Assembly (NCBI GenBank): GCA_964016885.1
Contig: OZ024743.1
Span: 92,008,001-92,072,000 of the forward strand
Origin: Eledone cirrhosa
Lineage: Eukaryota
Direction of reading: 5' to 3'
DNA length: 64,000 bases
The notes beneath the pieces are model-generated. The model was not told the origin of the DNA and did not search any database. It was given only the letters and a program-made list of their open reading frames with translations. A program made the position numbers and the translations under genes. Numbering within the stretch: the first letter of the stretch is position 1; the number at the start of each line of letters is the position of its first letter. Positions 1-12,750 of this stretch are shown here, piece by piece.

Positions 1-28
1 TGCGTGGAGAAGCTGATGTTTAAGTCCT

Positions 29-260
29 TTAGTGATGTGATGTAGTCCGCGACGAAGTGGAGTGTCTTAGTTTTTTATTTGTGAAAGAGTGGAGATGTGT
101 TCGAAACCTAATTTTGAACGGGCCGGAGGTAGCCCCTATATAATGTTTAACGCTATTGTGGCTAGTTATAGTGCATCTATATATAACCCTATCAGTCAAG
201 CAGTATCCTCTAAGGGGGCAGCGTCCTCTGTCGCGGCAGTTGCAATTTCTGTCGCGGTTC
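29..260 (-). pseudogene. Penelope-like element GIY-YIG endonuclease fragment with Cys-rich linker
   Basis: ORF 29..430(-) reads CNCRDRGRCPLRGYCLTDRVIYRCTI..HYIGATSGPFKIRFRTHLHSF: a Cys-rich linker followed by VIY..YIG..R...H. This is the GIY-YIG pattern of Nematis/Neptune-type PLEs. The upstream part is replaced by a microsatellite. Confidence 0.8.
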
Positions 261-384
261 CGTCTATTTCCTACGGTAAGGCTATCATTGTTGCTGCCTA
301 CGTTGTTACCCACGCTACTGCAGCTGTCGTTAGCACCATTACAACCCACAGCACGCGGGGTGGTGCGATTGTTATTCCGCACGT

Positions 385-387
<3 letters not shown>

Positions 388-422
<35 letters not shown>

Positions 423-428
423 GCACAC

Positions 429-500
<72 letters not shown>
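388..500. repeat. (CA)n/(TG)n back-to-back microsatellite
   Basis: Seen directly. Confidence 0.95.
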
Positions 501-503
<3 letters not shown>

Positions 504-662
504 GTGGTAGAACACTGGAATACGGTAATATCCGTAGTGGTAGAGCACTCAGTCCATGGGACGAGTTAGGTAGAAGTGGTTACACAACAGTTACGAGCTG
601 AGGATCCGCTAAAGTGAAACAATTGTTCTCGGTATGGTGAACTAACTGTTGTGTAACCACTT
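501..662. mobile_element. Fold-back PLE-like mini-element (tail + 20-bp inverted arms around a hammerhead-like motif)
   Basis: Arms 574-593 and 643-662 are reverse complements. The tail contains GCACTC-AGTCC-AT-GGGAC-GAGT. The element ends at TA repeats. Confidence 0.6.
594..631 (+). ncRNA. Minimal type I hammerhead-like motif (weak stem II)
   Basis: CGAG-CTGAGGA-TCCGCTAAAGT-GAAA-C-AATT-G-TT-CTCG. Stem I is CGAG/CTCG and the stem III loop is palindromic. Confidence 0.55.
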
Positions 663-705
663 ATATACATATATATAGGATAGGTTCCTGTAGCTTCTGT
701 CTTTC

Positions 706-765
706 AAAATAAACTGACACAAAATAAACTCACACAAAATAAACTCACACAAAATAAACTGACAC
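706..765 (+). repeat. 15-bp tandem repeat AAAATAAACT(G/C)ACAC x4
   Basis: Seen directly. Confidence 0.9.
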
Positions 766-1339
766 AATGGGAAGTGGGTGACCTGTGCTTCTGTGTTTGT
801 GTGTGTATTGAACATATGTGATGAGTATAAATTTATGATAGTAGGCATTTAAAAGGTTTCATCACAAATCTATAGATGTTACAGTGCATTCAGCTATTCA
901 ACTATTCAGGAACGATAACTAAATTTGATTCGACTGTTAAAGGAGCGCCGCGAGGTGGGGCGGAGCTGTTGCTGTGAGTATTGCTGGCCATTGTCGGCGG
1001 AAATGCTTTTGCGGTCTTGTCCGCGGGGCTCAGCCCAAACACCACCACGCCCTAGGCCCAGAGCCCATCACACTCTCCCCTTCCATCGCCCTTTCTTCTG
1101 TGGCCCTAGAGTCCTTGCTTTTCCCCTGCTTTTCCTCTCATGTATGGCTTTCAAAGCCCTTTCCTCTACTTTCCCACACAGCCAGATCTTCCCTTCCTTA
1201 CCCTTTCCTCCATTTTCTTATTACTTAATTTTGCTTTTCTTTCTTTCTCAAATTTATTTATCTTTTGAAAATAAACTTCCATATGAAGCAATTCACTGAC
1301 GACATATCTCCATGTCAACGACGTTTACGTCATAATCAG

Positions 1340-1450
1340 TATTGTTGTTGTTGTTACTAATGTTGTTGTTGTCATTGTCGTTATTGTTGTCGATATTATT
1401 GTAGTTGTTGTTGTTTTGTTATTATTGTTGCTGCTGCTGTCGTTGTCGTT

Positions 1451-1482
<32 letters not shown>

Positions 1483-2167
1483 CGTTATTGTCGTTATTGT
1501 TGTTGTTGTTGTTGTTGTTATTGTTGCTGCTGCTGCTGCTGATGTTGTCGTTATTGTTGTTGTTGTTGCTGTTGCTGCTGCTATTGTCGTTGTTATTGTT
1601 GTTGTTGTTGTTGTTGTCGTTGCAGTAGTCGTCGTCGAAGTTGTAGTTGTTGTTTTTGTTATTCTAGTTATTATGAATCTTAACACCTGTAATACCACCA
1701 CCACCACCACCATCGCAACCACCACCACATCACCATCACCACCATCACCATCGCAACCACCACCACCACCACCACCACTACCACCACCACCACCACCATC
1801 GCAACCACCACCACCACCACCATCGCAACCACCACCACATCACCATCACCACCATCACCATCGCAACCACCACCACCACCACCAACCACTACCACCACCA
1901 CCACCACCACCATCGCAACCACCACCACATCACCATCACCACCATCACCATCGCAACCACCACCACCACCACCACCATCACCATCACCACCATCACCATC
2001 GCAACCACCGCCACCACCACCAACCACAACCACCACCACTACCACCACTACCATCACCACCACCGCCACCACTACCACCACCACCAACATCGCCACAACC
2101 ACTACCACCAACCACCACCACCATCACCACTATCATCACCACCACCGTCATCATCACCATCATCATT

Positions 2168-2199
<32 letters not shown>

Positions 2200-2680
2200 C
2201 GTTTTCACTGCAGTCATCAATTAATACTCTCGCAATCACCATTACTAATTTCATTATCGCCAGCACCACCACCAGCACTACGTCGCCACTACCACCACTA
2301 ACACCACCACCACTACTACCACTTACATCACCACCATTATCATCACCAACATTACCACGACAATCAGCATCTAAACTATCGCCACAAACACCACCACCCC
2401 AACTACCACCACTACCACCGGCATCACCACCACTACCACCGGCATCACCACCACTACCACTGCCATAATAACCACTAACAAACACAACCACTTCCAGCAA
2501 GACCACCACCACTTTCATAGCCCCCCCCCCCCCCCCCCCCCCCCCCCCCCACCACCACCACCACTATCCCCCCCCCACCACCACCACCACCACCACTATC
2601 ATCCCCTCCACCACTTTCATCCCCCCCCTACCTACCCCCCCCCACCACCACCACCACCACTATCATCCCCCCTACCACTA
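1340..2680. repeat. Compound trinucleotide low-complexity tract (GTT/GCT, then CAC/CAT, poly-C)
   Basis: Seen directly. It explains the poly-T/V/P/H ORFs. Confidence 0.95.
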
Positions 2681-2796
2681 ATACATTCCATCTGTGTATA
2701 GAAGAAAAAAATCTAGAATCACAAAATTCCAAAAAAAAATGTTTAAATAATTATTTGATGTATGTTATGTTTGTTCAGTTTTACCTGACACCATGC

Positions 2797-2797
<1 letters not shown>

Positions 2798-2827
<30 letters not shown>

Positions 2828-3250
2828 CTTCTTCTTCTTCTTCTTCGCCCACTTATGCCTGGGAGGGCAGAATCCTCAAGCACGCCTTCCGGCGGGCCCT
2901 ATCGAATGCAACCGTCTCTAACTGATCCTGCTGGATCCCCAAGACCAGCCAACCTGTTGGTTTTGCCCGTAAAATCTGTCCAGCGATTCTTTCCTGAGAC
3001 ATTCTAACAACAAATCCGGAATATCGCAGCTGTGATCTCTCAATTCGGAGACGTGGAGACGTAGCTGCTCTACATAGAGTAACACTCTGATTTCCGAGCT
3101 ACGCACTCTATCGAGTAACGTGACTCCAAGAACCCTTCCAAGGAACCCTATTTCAGCCACTTTTATTCTTTCGGCCCTTAACCAAGATTAAGGTTTGCAC
3201 AAATACCGAATGAAAGATAGCTAGTTTGGCATTTACACGTACCTCCCTAT
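2798..3250 (-). mobile_element. RTE-clade LINE 3' fragment with (GAA)n tail
   Basis: Minus-strand translation EIGFLGRVLGVTLLDRVRSSEIRVLL resembles an RTE C-terminal region. (TTC)n at 2798-2846 forms the tail. Confidence 0.7.
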
Positions 3251-3252
3251 TG

Positions 3253-3316
<64 letters not shown>

Positions 3317-3364
3317 GTATATATATATATGTGTGTGTGTGTGTATGGGTGTGTGTATATCTAG

Positions 3365-3604
3365 AGTCTAAAGTCTGTCTTAAGCCAGAAGGCTGATTTG
3401 GCCGGTGTTTATCTCGGTTTCCTGGACAGGACATCAGTCCATCACAGGGTTAAACATCCAGCTACCGCTGTACTCATTTTCAGTTGAGTGTACTGTAGCA
3501 ACGTGAAATGAAGTGTTTTGTTGAAGAACACAACACGCAACCCAGGAATCGAACCTACGACATTATGATCGTAAGTCCAACAACCTTACTAGGCCACATG
3601 CCTC

Positions 3605-3605
<1 letters not shown>
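3365..3605 (-). mobile_element. tRNA-derived SINE (CORE-like family)
   Basis: Minus strand reads GGCATGTGGCCTAGT..GGTTCGATTCC..TGTGTTCTTCAACAAAACACTT, i.e. A/B boxes plus a CORE-like block. Related to copies at 28.4, 29.6, 38.4, 42.7, 43.3 and 57.3 kb. Confidence 0.7.
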
Positions 3606-3703
<98 letters not shown>

Positions 3704-3704
3704 A

Positions 3705-3736
<32 letters not shown>

Positions 3737-4076
3737 CCCTCTCTAGATCTCTAGATCTCTCTCTATATCTATCTATCTATTGCTTTCTCTCTCTCTCTCT
3801 TTCTTTTCTCCACCTCGTATTCTTCAGCTTATCTTTCTGCATGTTTATTCTTGTTTTCTCTCTTTTTCGTTTTTTCGTCCTTTTCTTCTTCATCTTCTTC
3901 CTCCTTATGCTGTTGTTGTTGTTGTTTTGTTTCCGCTTTCATCATTTTACCATCTAAGTTCTTAATTTAATCTGATTTGAAGCAATTTCTGTCTTTGCCA
4001 TGTTCATATTTGTAAAATATATCAAGATACAATGCACTATAACGTAATATATGACTTTATAATACAATACGATACA

Positions 4077-4140
<64 letters not shown>

Positions 4141-4259
4141 CTTCTTCGTGTTCTAGTTTTGATCTTTGCATATTCATGTATACGAATGCGCATACACACA
4201 CATACATACATTCAAACATGCATATATTCGCAAATATGGGAAAATCGATATATTTATAG

Positions 4260-4297
<38 letters not shown>

Positions 4298-5024
4298 GTG
4301 CGTGTGTGTGTGTGTGCGTGTGTGTGCGTGCGTGTGTGTGTGCGTGTGTGTGTGCGTGCGTGCGTGCGTGTTGTGTATGTGTGTATGTGTGTGTGTGTGA
4401 GTGTGTGTTTGTGTTTGTGTGTGTGCTCTTCTCCATCTATCTATCAGAAAGAGAAAGAGAAATGATAGATAAATGGAAAGAGCACACAAAATATGTTTTT
4501 AAAGTTTACATTTTAGTTGCGTGTACATATATATGTATGTATGTGTGTGCATGTGTGTGTGAGAGTGTGTGTGTGTGTGTGTGTGTAAACATATATATAT
4601 ATGAGAAAGTCAGGTGTGGAAAATAATACTATTCTAAATTAGATTATACAATTCTGTTGAAACTATGAAAGTTGAATGCTCAAATGTGTTTTTGCTCTGT
4701 TTTTCAGATACCGCTCATAACTTAATATAATAAGGATTACATAGAAGCAACGTCTAGACAGGTAAGTCTTTTCAGTTTCTTATATCGTTTCGTGATGACA
4801 GCCATGGAGTATGATATGAATTTCTGCCACGAATTGAAACTGGGCTACAGCTCATAGTATATCGCATTGAAGATTTTACTACAGTATTCCTAAGTTCTTT
4901 TGCAACATACTGTAAAGCGCGCACAAGACGCACCATTCTTAATGTATTATTCTTATACTGAAGATGAGACGATGTTCTCTCTAATTTAAGAACGCTATTT
5001 TCCCAAGCTAAACATAAAGTACTA

Positions 5025-5215
5025 ATAATTGTTTCTACTTTTGGCACAAGGCCGGCAATTACCCAGGGCATTACTGGTACTTTATTTTATCTACCCCGTA
5101 AGGATGAAAGGCAAAGTTAACCTTGGCGGGATTTGAACTCAGACCGTAAAGGGACGTAACTGTGCTGGAAAGCATGGCGTCCGACCTTCTACTGATACTG
5201 CCAATCCACCGCCCT
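5025..5215 (-). mobile_element. tRNA-SINE with Meta-like domain
   Basis: Minus strand reads GGGCGGTGGATTGGCAGTATC..GAGTTCAAATCCC (B box)..GCCTTTCATCCTTACGGGG..ATAAAATAAAGTACCAG. About 15 copies lie in the window. Confidence 0.85.
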
Positions 5216-5361
5216 TAAAGTACTAATAATGAAATATGAAACATCGTTAATAGAAAAGAATCAAATTTGAACGCAGTCGTTATTTAATTATTTAAGCAAT
5301 ATGGAAATAAAAGCTGTTTACACACAAACACACACTCACACACACACACACACACCACACA

Positions 5362-5437
<76 letters not shown>

Positions 5438-5836
5438 GAGTGTGTGTGTGTATGTACACATACACGTTATATATATATATATATATATATAAAATTACAA
5501 ATATGAGGAATTAATAGACAAAAATATACCTATTTTTTCTTCAAAGTCCGACAGCAGTTTCGCCGATCTGTGTCAAAAATAACGGCACTATAAAAATGCA
5601 TCATCGCTGTGAGGTTGATACAGCTTATCAAGAGATCCCTCAGAAAAAAGGACTATTTCTTTCGTAGCAAGTGAGAAACTCTCGATAGGCGGAGGGAGAA
5701 ATAAACACGTGATACAGTGGTCCCAGAAGGGTGGTAAGGTGGACAATGACCAAATAACGTATTTGTTAGAAATAGCAGTTAGTACATTCCTGGTTAACCT
5801 ACCCATAGCGGAGTTTGGAACAATATATATATATAT

Positions 5837-6013
<177 letters not shown>

Positions 6014-6156
6014 GAGAGAGTGAGAGAGAGAGAGAGAGAGAGTGAGAGAGAATATAAAACAAGGATTTATCACAAGAGATAAATATCTTTATTTCCCTCG
6101 CTGCAAAATCATGCTGTGTGTCTCGCACAGTCACACAAATTATATATTATACGCAT

Positions 6157-6200
<44 letters not shown>

Positions 6201-6251
6201 ACACACATACACACTGATACACATATACACACGCACACACTGACACACACA

Positions 6252-6296
<45 letters not shown>

Positions 6297-6765
6297 GCAC
6301 ACTGACACACATACACACTGATACACATATACACACGCACACACTGACACACACACGCACACACACACACACACACACATATATCTATATCTATATATAT
6401 CTATACATATACACGAACTCGACTGTCATCAATTCTGATATTATGTTAAGACATAAGATCAACAGCTGGAATTATAGATAATAACGTATTCTTATATCAT
6501 GGGGTTTACATTCAAATCCATTTTCTAGCTAGAGTTTGTCTTCGGTTTTATTGCAAGGCATAAAACACAATCTGAGAACACCGAATATAATCCGCAATAT
6601 TCTTTCTTTTTGGTCTTGATTGATTAATGAATATTTATTTTTTCAGATGTATGATAATATATATATATATATATATATATATAATGTGTGTGTCTGTGCG
6701 CGAGGGGGGAGTGAGTGTGTGCATATACATATAAACATACATATATATGTATATATATATATATA

Positions 6766-6821
<56 letters not shown>

Positions 6822-6883
6822 TAGATTATATATATATATATATATATATACTATATCATATATATATATATGTGTGTGTGTGT

Positions 6884-6944
<61 letters not shown>

Positions 6945-7208
6945 CGTGCGTGCGTGTATACATGCACACAACTAATAGGAGGTAAATAATACATAAATGA
7001 AAGCGCCAGGAGTGCGCCTGCGCACATGGACACATGCGACAGGTCCTTCGCAACTAGGTAAACACTTGAGCCCCCAAACATAGATCAAATATGTAATACC
7101 TCAGCGATAATATACGAAGCTGAAGTCTCTTCACTGAATCAACATCGTCAAAATGAGACCTGATCATATTTGGGCATGTTGGAGAGTCCGTTCAAAAACA
7201 GTTCCCTA

Positions 7209-7635
7209 AATAATTGTTTCTACTTTTGGCACAAGGCCAGCAATAACCCCTAGTGGATTACTGGTGCTTTATTTTATCGACCCTGTAACGATGAAAGACA
7301 AAGTTAACCTCAGTGGGATTTGAACCCAGATCATAAAGGGCCGTAACTCTATGCTGCAAAGTATGGCGTCCGACCCTCTACCAATACTGCCAATCCACCA
7401 CCCGTTTTCTAAATAATGGTTTCTTATATAGGCACAAGGCCAGTAATTTGGGGGGAAGGGGAAAGTCGATTAAATCGACCCCAGTACGTGACTGGTACTT
7501 AATTTTATCGACCTCATAAGGATGAAAGGCAAAGTTAACCTCGGCGGGATTTGAGCTCAGATCATAAAGAGCCGTAACTCTATGCTGCAAAGCATGGCGT
7601 TCGACCCTCTACCAATACTGCCAATCCACCGCCCG
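7209..7635 (-). mobile_element. Two tandem Meta-like tRNA-SINEs
   Basis: Same consensus as the 5025 copy; units at 7209-7404 and 7411-7635. Confidence 0.85.
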
Positions 7636-7978
7636 TTTTCTAAATAATGAAAACACTTTCAGATAAAAGGAATGCCACTAATTTTGGCGAACAAAATATG
7701 GCAACTCAAGGACATGAACAGAAAATTCTCTATTAAATAGGAAGATACTTGGACAATTGTGACAATTATGTAATTATGTATTCACTCATTCTAACTGCAA
7801 GGGTTGTCCTTCCATGTGTTTTTTTTTTATGATTTTCTTCCTTTCCTATTTTTGACGGCGCTTTTATCTCCTTCCTTTTTATGCTTTTACCTGTTCCAGC
7901 CATCCGGCTGAAGTCATGCTCAGATATATTATGTGTGTGCGTGTGTGCGTATGTGCGTGCGTGCGTGCGTGTGTGTGT

Positions 7979-8076
<98 letters not shown>

Positions 8077-8343
8077 CATCATCACCGTTTTACGTCCAGT
8101 CTGCCACACTAGCATGGGTTAGACGGGTTGTCCTGTTGTGGGCAGTGTTCAGTCGGCTGACCTTGTCTTGCTCATACAGAAACTGATTCTGGCTTGATTT
8201 CTACAGCTGGATGTCCTTCTTAACACCAACCTCATTTACAGTGAGTGGTGGTCCTTCTTTTTTTCCGTGGCGCCTACACGTCCACTTTACAGTGTGGGCT
8301 GGGTGTTTTTTGCCGTGACACCTCCACGACCACTTTGCAGTGG

Positions 8344-8345
<2 letters not shown>
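8077..8345 (-). mobile_element. SINE/LINE-tail relic with (GAT)n end
   Basis: Minus strand contains GTTGGTGTTAAGAAGGACATCCAGCTGTAGAAA...CCATGCTAGTGTGG..GGACGTAAAACGGTGATGATG, a SINE-like 3' tail. Confidence 0.5.
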
Positions 8346-8374
<29 letters not shown>

Positions 8375-8723
8375 CGATATTAATAAATGGAAACTATATT
8401 TATAAAACCATATTTATTTCATTATACATATTTCAAGGATACCAAGTTAAATTATGGTATGCCTTCATCAGACAATATACAATATATATATCAGTTTTAC
8501 AAATAAGCATTGACAAAAAGAAAAAAAAAAAGTTTTAATTTATTCTTAATTTCATTGAAAACTACGTGAATCCAGCCCTTGTTCTATGACACAAAACTGT
8601 TTTAAAGATTGTATTTAAACATTTTCAGTAAGTTAAACCCCAAACACTAGCTTAATAATTTCCCGATTACTTTCAAAATTATTTTTAAATGATAGGCAGT
8701 ATCTTTCATGAGAAATATATTAA

Positions 8724-8908
8724 CTCTTTAGCATTTAAACCGGCTGTAACTGGCCAGAGTTCTCACCTCTTTCTGTTCAAACCAGCTGTAACTGGCCATT
8801 CATACTGATGTTACGGTATTGTCCCTAAAATAAATATCAATATCTCAGATTCGATATTAGCACAAAAATACAATAGTATATATATAGAGTAATGTAAATG
8901 CTAAAGAG
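8724..8908. mobile_element. piggyBac-type MITE
   Basis: 14-bp TIRs CTCTTTAGCATTTA / TAAATGCTAAAGAG, flanked on both sides by TTAA (8720-8723, 8909-8912). Confidence 0.8.
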
Positions 8909-9384
8909 TTAAGGAAAGGGTTAATGTATATAAATGTTTCTTCACGTTACAAAGGCAATGCCTATTTCAAAGACTACAATTCAAATGTAGTCCAATCAGT
9001 GGGAGACTGAAGTGCCATCGGCTGGCATTGCTTGTAACCTGCCACAGACATTGATAGGCAGCCATTGATTTTGAGTCGAGATCAAATGTAGAAAGGAAAA
9101 CATTTAAAAGAGTTTTAAAATCTTGAAAGAATTTCATTTAGCCGCAGCACTTAAAATTTCCTTTTTTACAAAATCAAAAAATATATAAATAAATTTAAAA
9201 AAAAACTAATGAGCTTTATTAATTATTGCTTTATTAATTATTGCTTTCAAAATGCGACCATTACTTTTGGAGGACATCAGGATAGTGGTTTGTTTATATT
9301 ATTTTAGTAAGTCTTAGTGTTAAGGACAATTACAAAAGACGGAGAGAGAGAGAAAAGCGTGGAGAAAAAAACGGAGAGAGAGAG

Positions 9385-9460
<76 letters not shown>

Positions 9461-9519
9461 CAAGGCTCTGATACCATCAACACTATAAACACAGAGCTGG
9501 AATATCTAAGAACTGACTA

Positions 9520-9575
9520 ACTGCCTGATGAGGTCATAGCCATTCAATAGCTATCATCGAAATATATATAGCAGT
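9520..9575 (+). ncRNA. Type I hammerhead ribozyme motif within a (TA)n-flanked PLE 3' remnant (9456-9620)
   Basis: ACTGC-CTGATGA-GGTCATAGC..GCTATCATC-GAAA-T-ATAT-A-TA|GCAGT. All core residues and stems I and II are present. Confidence 0.8.
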
Positions 9576-9616
9576 AAATAAAGGATTATGAGTTCATGCT
9601 ATTGACTTATGTTTCG

Positions 9617-9671
<55 letters not shown>

Positions 9672-9904
9672 GAGACAGGGGGAGAGAAAGATAACGTGCC
9701 ACGTTATGTGACATGGTAGGCATTTTGAACAAGAGATTCAATGCGACTGGAGTAACGTGGAATAAAGTGTCTTGTACAAGGACACTACACGCCACCCGAC
9801 CCGAGATTCGAACTCACTACCTCAGTATCACAGTATCAGAGCACTGAGAGCCGGAACAGATACTGCAAACCACTCTAATGACTCTGTCAATACGCAGCCG
9901 TCAA

Positions 9905-10318
9905 ATAACCATTTCTACTATAGGCACAATCCAGCAATTTTGGGAAGGGGAAAGTCGATTATATCGACCCCAGTGCCGGTACTTGATTTTATCGACCCCG
10001 TAAGGATGAAAGGCAAAACTAACCTCGGCGGGATTCGAACTCAGAGTGTAAAGGGACGTAACTCTATGCCGCGAAGCAAGGTGTCCGACTCTCTACTGAT
10101 ACTGCCAATCCCCTGATCTAGGAACAAGGCCCCCAGTTCTGGGGGAGGGGAGAATCGATTAAATCGAAATCAGTGCATTACTGGTACTTCATTTAACCGA
10201 CCTCGTATGAATGAAACACAAAGTCAACCTCGGCAGGATTTGAACTCAGATCAGAATGTAATGGGCCATAACTCCATGATGCAAAGCATGGTGTCTGATG
10301 ATCTACTGATTCTGCCAA
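9905..10318 (-). mobile_element. Two tandem Meta-like tRNA-SINEs
   Basis: Same consensus as the 5025 copy. Confidence 0.8.
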
Positions 10319-10659
10319 ACTATAATAATAATAACTAAACTAAAACACGTCGCTCTTGGATGTATTTAATAATGCATTGTCGACCAATTATCATCAGAAG
10401 AATACAGCATCAACAGTTTGGTCCGGTAGATATGGCGTGTTCGGTGGACTGTGGAGAGCTGAATACGAAATGTATTGCGAACGGCCACAGGAAGAGTTCG
10501 CTTGTTTGCATAAAACATCAAAAGACTACGTTGATATTCAAACACTTCTCTAAGTAGTTGAAAGGTACTTTATAAAGGAAATCCAGCGTGTGAGGGGGGG
10601 GGGGGTAGTGTGACTGTGGCGTGCGTGCAACATATACAAAGCAAACACAGACACACGCA

Positions 10660-11994
<1,335 letters not shown>

Positions 11995-12602
11995 TGGTGG
12001 CTGCCAACTCGTTTTCGAGTACGGCCACTACTTTATATCCATGTAGGAGAACCCCTACCGATGCGCTGAACGAGTGTGACTTTTTAGTCCAGCCAGCGAC
12101 TTGAAAACTCTGGTACAAACACTACACTTGTGACAATTACTGACACATAGTGCTGGGCCCATGGTACCATGTGACGACAAGTGCAGAGAGATCTCCAGAT
12201 ATAAAGCAATGCCTGTGCCGTGAAGCTTTTATAGTGAGCAAAGGCACTGCACAAAGCCAGTCCCACTATCTTAACCAAGATGATATTCACCAAAAAGAAG
12301 AACAAGTCAACATCATTGGATACCATCAGGGTTGCAGGTGTTATATCAGAGTTTTCCTTCTCCTAGAATTCTGCCTTGACAAAGGCTAAGGGGTCATCCC
12401 TCCCGGTGATTTTGGATGGCCATTGACTCTTAAGAGCTCCTTTTCCCTTTGACAGGTTTTGTTTTTAGTCCTGCAGGATGTCCAAAGTCACCCTCCTCAC
12501 CAATAAACCTTGGTGGGGTTGCCAGTTTAGTCGCCAACGACCCGACCATGGGACAGGTTGTACTGGGATACATGTTACCAGTAGCACTAACTGGTGACCT
12601 GA
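11995..12602 (-). mobile_element. Bipartite non-autonomous RTE derivative (5'UTR + 3' end), copy 1
   Basis: The 5' ~170 nt align with the RTE 5' end at 16550-16723. The 3' end encodes [13 protein letters not shown] (RTE has CKSLAGVKSHIRAS) and shares GAGTT(G/T)GCAGCCA(C/T)CA. Flanked by (TACA)n on both sides. Confidence 0.8.
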
Positions 12603-12750
12603 CATACATACATACATACATACATACATACATACATACATACATACATACATACATACACACAAACATACATACATACATACATACATACATACATACA
12701 TACATACATACATACATACATACATACATACATACACACAAACATACATA

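Noticed and set aside
1396-2518. Pro/His/Thr/Val-rich ORFs
   Set aside because: They are translations of trinucleotide repeats, open in many frames, with no domain signal.
5025-5215. tRNA gene calls for A/B-box sequences
   Set aside because: These are SINE heads with long inter-box spacing and SINE bodies; no cloverleaf.
5490-5655. Half-hammerhead on the minus strand (GGC-GAAA-CTGCTG-TC-GGACT), with a paralogue at 63390-63555
   Set aside because: Probably another PLE-like end, but CUGANGA cannot be placed next to stem I in canonical geometry.
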